Shown in pieces: positions 25,046-26,179 of a stretch of 26,179 nucleotides of DNA. The DNA comes from a virus. The notes under the pieces were generated by a model. It was not told the DNA's origin, searched no databases, and saw nothing but the letters and a program-made list of their open reading frames with translations. The DNA lies in IMG/VR virus record IMGVR_UViG_3300006045_000004, positions 1 to 26,179 of that record; one strand, written 5' to 3'. The stretch's first letter is position 1; the number at the start of each line of letters is the position of its first letter. The translations under genes were made by a program, and so were the position numbers.

Positions 25046-26179
25046 TTATAATACTATAATAGTTGCTTCAATTTGTCTTAGAGCGTGAACTGGTACAATT
25101 ACTAATGTAATATTTATTTTACCTGCTCTTTGATTTTCTCTTGGTTGAATTGAAACTTTTACATCATATGCTGGTGTATTTGGGTCTTCGATATCAATTA
25201 ATGTTCTATCTTCTGATTTTATTTGTGATAGCTTTGATTTGATAACTTCTTCAATTGCTGTTTGTAATTCTGATGTGATGTTTCTACCAATGAATCTTCT
25301 TGCAATTTCATATACTTCATATGATACATATGTTATTATACTTACTATTGACTCTTCATCTTGTTGGGTATCATTGTCAGCTTGTACTGTTGTTACTCCT
25401 TCTGTAATTGCAACATTATTGTATTCTTTTTTGAATGTTATAACTCCTTTTTCGTTATATTCATCCATATCAAGTTCTGTTGTTATTACTCCATCAGTTG
25501 TCATATCCATTACATCTGCTACACCTGTTAAGAGTTTTTTATTTTCCCATCCAAATATTGAGTCTCCGTAGAATAATGATGAGCGTTTTCCTGCTATAAA
25601 TATTGTTGCTTCGTATGGTAAGTATTCTTTTCCTTCATCTGTTATTACTCCTCTTCCTACGAATAATATTCTTTCATTATTGTATATTTCAGCTCTTTGT
25701 ATAATAGCATCTTTTGTTTGTCTGTCTACAGCTCCTATTAACGCATATCTCCATCTACATACTTCTGGTTGACTCATTTGGTCTGCATGATATACATATT
25801 CATTTTGTACTGATAAGTATTTGCTTTGTGAGAATACTCCACTTATTCTTTCATGTTCGAATAATTTTAATCCTTCACGATGTGCAAATGGTGCTTCTGT
25901 TTCTGGTAATTCTCCTGTTATTGGGTCTCCATCACCATTTGAACCACCAGTTAATGCTGTATTTAAATTTGTTTCTATTGTTTCTCCAGTTGTTGGTTCT
26001 GCTATAAATTCTGCTGTAACAAGTTTTGATTTGTTGTTTATAAGTTTAACTAAGTTTTGTATTGTGTTGATTCCTTCATTGTATTCTGTTGTGTATCCTT
26101 CTGCTGAAATATTACATGTAAACCCAGTACCATAATATGGCATTGTATTTATTAATATTTCAAAAGTTCCTTCTGACTT
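25046..26179 (-). CDS. Contractile tail sheath protein; 5' end lies outside the window
   Basis: Frame stays open upstream of 26143 to the window edge (KSEGTFEILINTM); 'LTGGSNG', 'ITEGVTT', 'RFIGR', 'GKINITLVIVPVHALRQIEATIIV' are sheath C-terminal motifs. Confidence 0.92.
   Translation of the reverse strand, partial: KSEGTFEILINTMPYYGTGFTCNISAEGYTTEYNEGINTIQNLVKLINNKSKLVTAEFIAEPTTGETIETNLNTALTGGSNGDGDPITGELPETEAPFAHREGLKLFEHERISGVFSQSKYLSVQNEYVYHADQMSQPEVCRWRYALIGAVDRQTKDAIIQRAEIYNNERILFVGRGVITDEGKEYLPYEATIFIAGKRSSLFYGDSIFGWENKKLLTGVADVMDMTTDGVITTELDMDEYNEKGVITFKKEYNNVAITEGVTTVQADNDTQQDEESIVSIITYVSYEVYEIARRFIGRNITSELQTAIEEVIKSKLSQIKSEDRTLIDIEDPNTPAYDVKVSIQPRENQRAGKINITLVIVPVHALRQIEATIIVL

Noticed and set aside
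2808-26135. Numerous short plus-strand ORFs in the track (e.g. 2808-3086, 5556-5894, 15826-16269, 16715-17101, 19419-19736, 25239-25571) and nested 626-847
   Set aside because: They are antisense or off-frame shadows of long genes, with I/L/F/S-biased composition and no RBS. Only 11677-12303 and 13419-13874 are supported, by homology.
6087-26179. Extracellular contractile injection system or tailocin instead of a virus
   Set aside because: A long TP901-type tape measure, G/GT chaperone frameshift, variable fibres and lysis cassette fit a virus better, and no eCIS ATPase is seen. Head genes are outside the window, so a tailocin is not strictly excluded.
1-26179. tRNA, rRNA, CRISPR arrays or an alternative genetic code
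   Set aside because: No such patterns are seen; coding density is near complete under the standard code, with all three stop codons used.

Overview
This AT-rich window is the tail, baseplate and lysis region of a tailed virus (Caudoviricetes) with a contractile tail, and almost all genes lie on the minus strand. In transcription order it encodes: tail sheath (truncated), tube, tail-assembly chaperone with a -1 frameshift extension, TP901-type tape measure, baseplate hub fused to a transglutaminase-like Cys protease, probable spike, a cluster of fibre proteins, a lysis cassette, baseplate J, gp25-like and wedge proteins, and three DUF2341-like adhesin-type genes. The lysin carries pseudomurein-binding-repeat-like motifs and a C39-like peptidase, which points to a pseudomurein-walled methanogen host (Methanobacteriales; inference). 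The main discovery is a pair of tandem invertible tail-fibre-tip cassettes at 11685-12943 and 13405-14393. Each has an expressed C-terminal domain and an antisense alternative joined tail-to-tail, bounded by perfect, in-frame 28-29 bp inverted repeats. All four sites share a tyrosine-recombinase-like core (9-bp arm, 6-bp asymmetric spacer, 9-bp arm). The spacer differs between the two segments (TCAAAG vs TAATAA), which would make them independent switches with 2x2 receptor-binding states. No recombinase is encoded in the window. All family assignments come from motif recognition by eye, not database searches.
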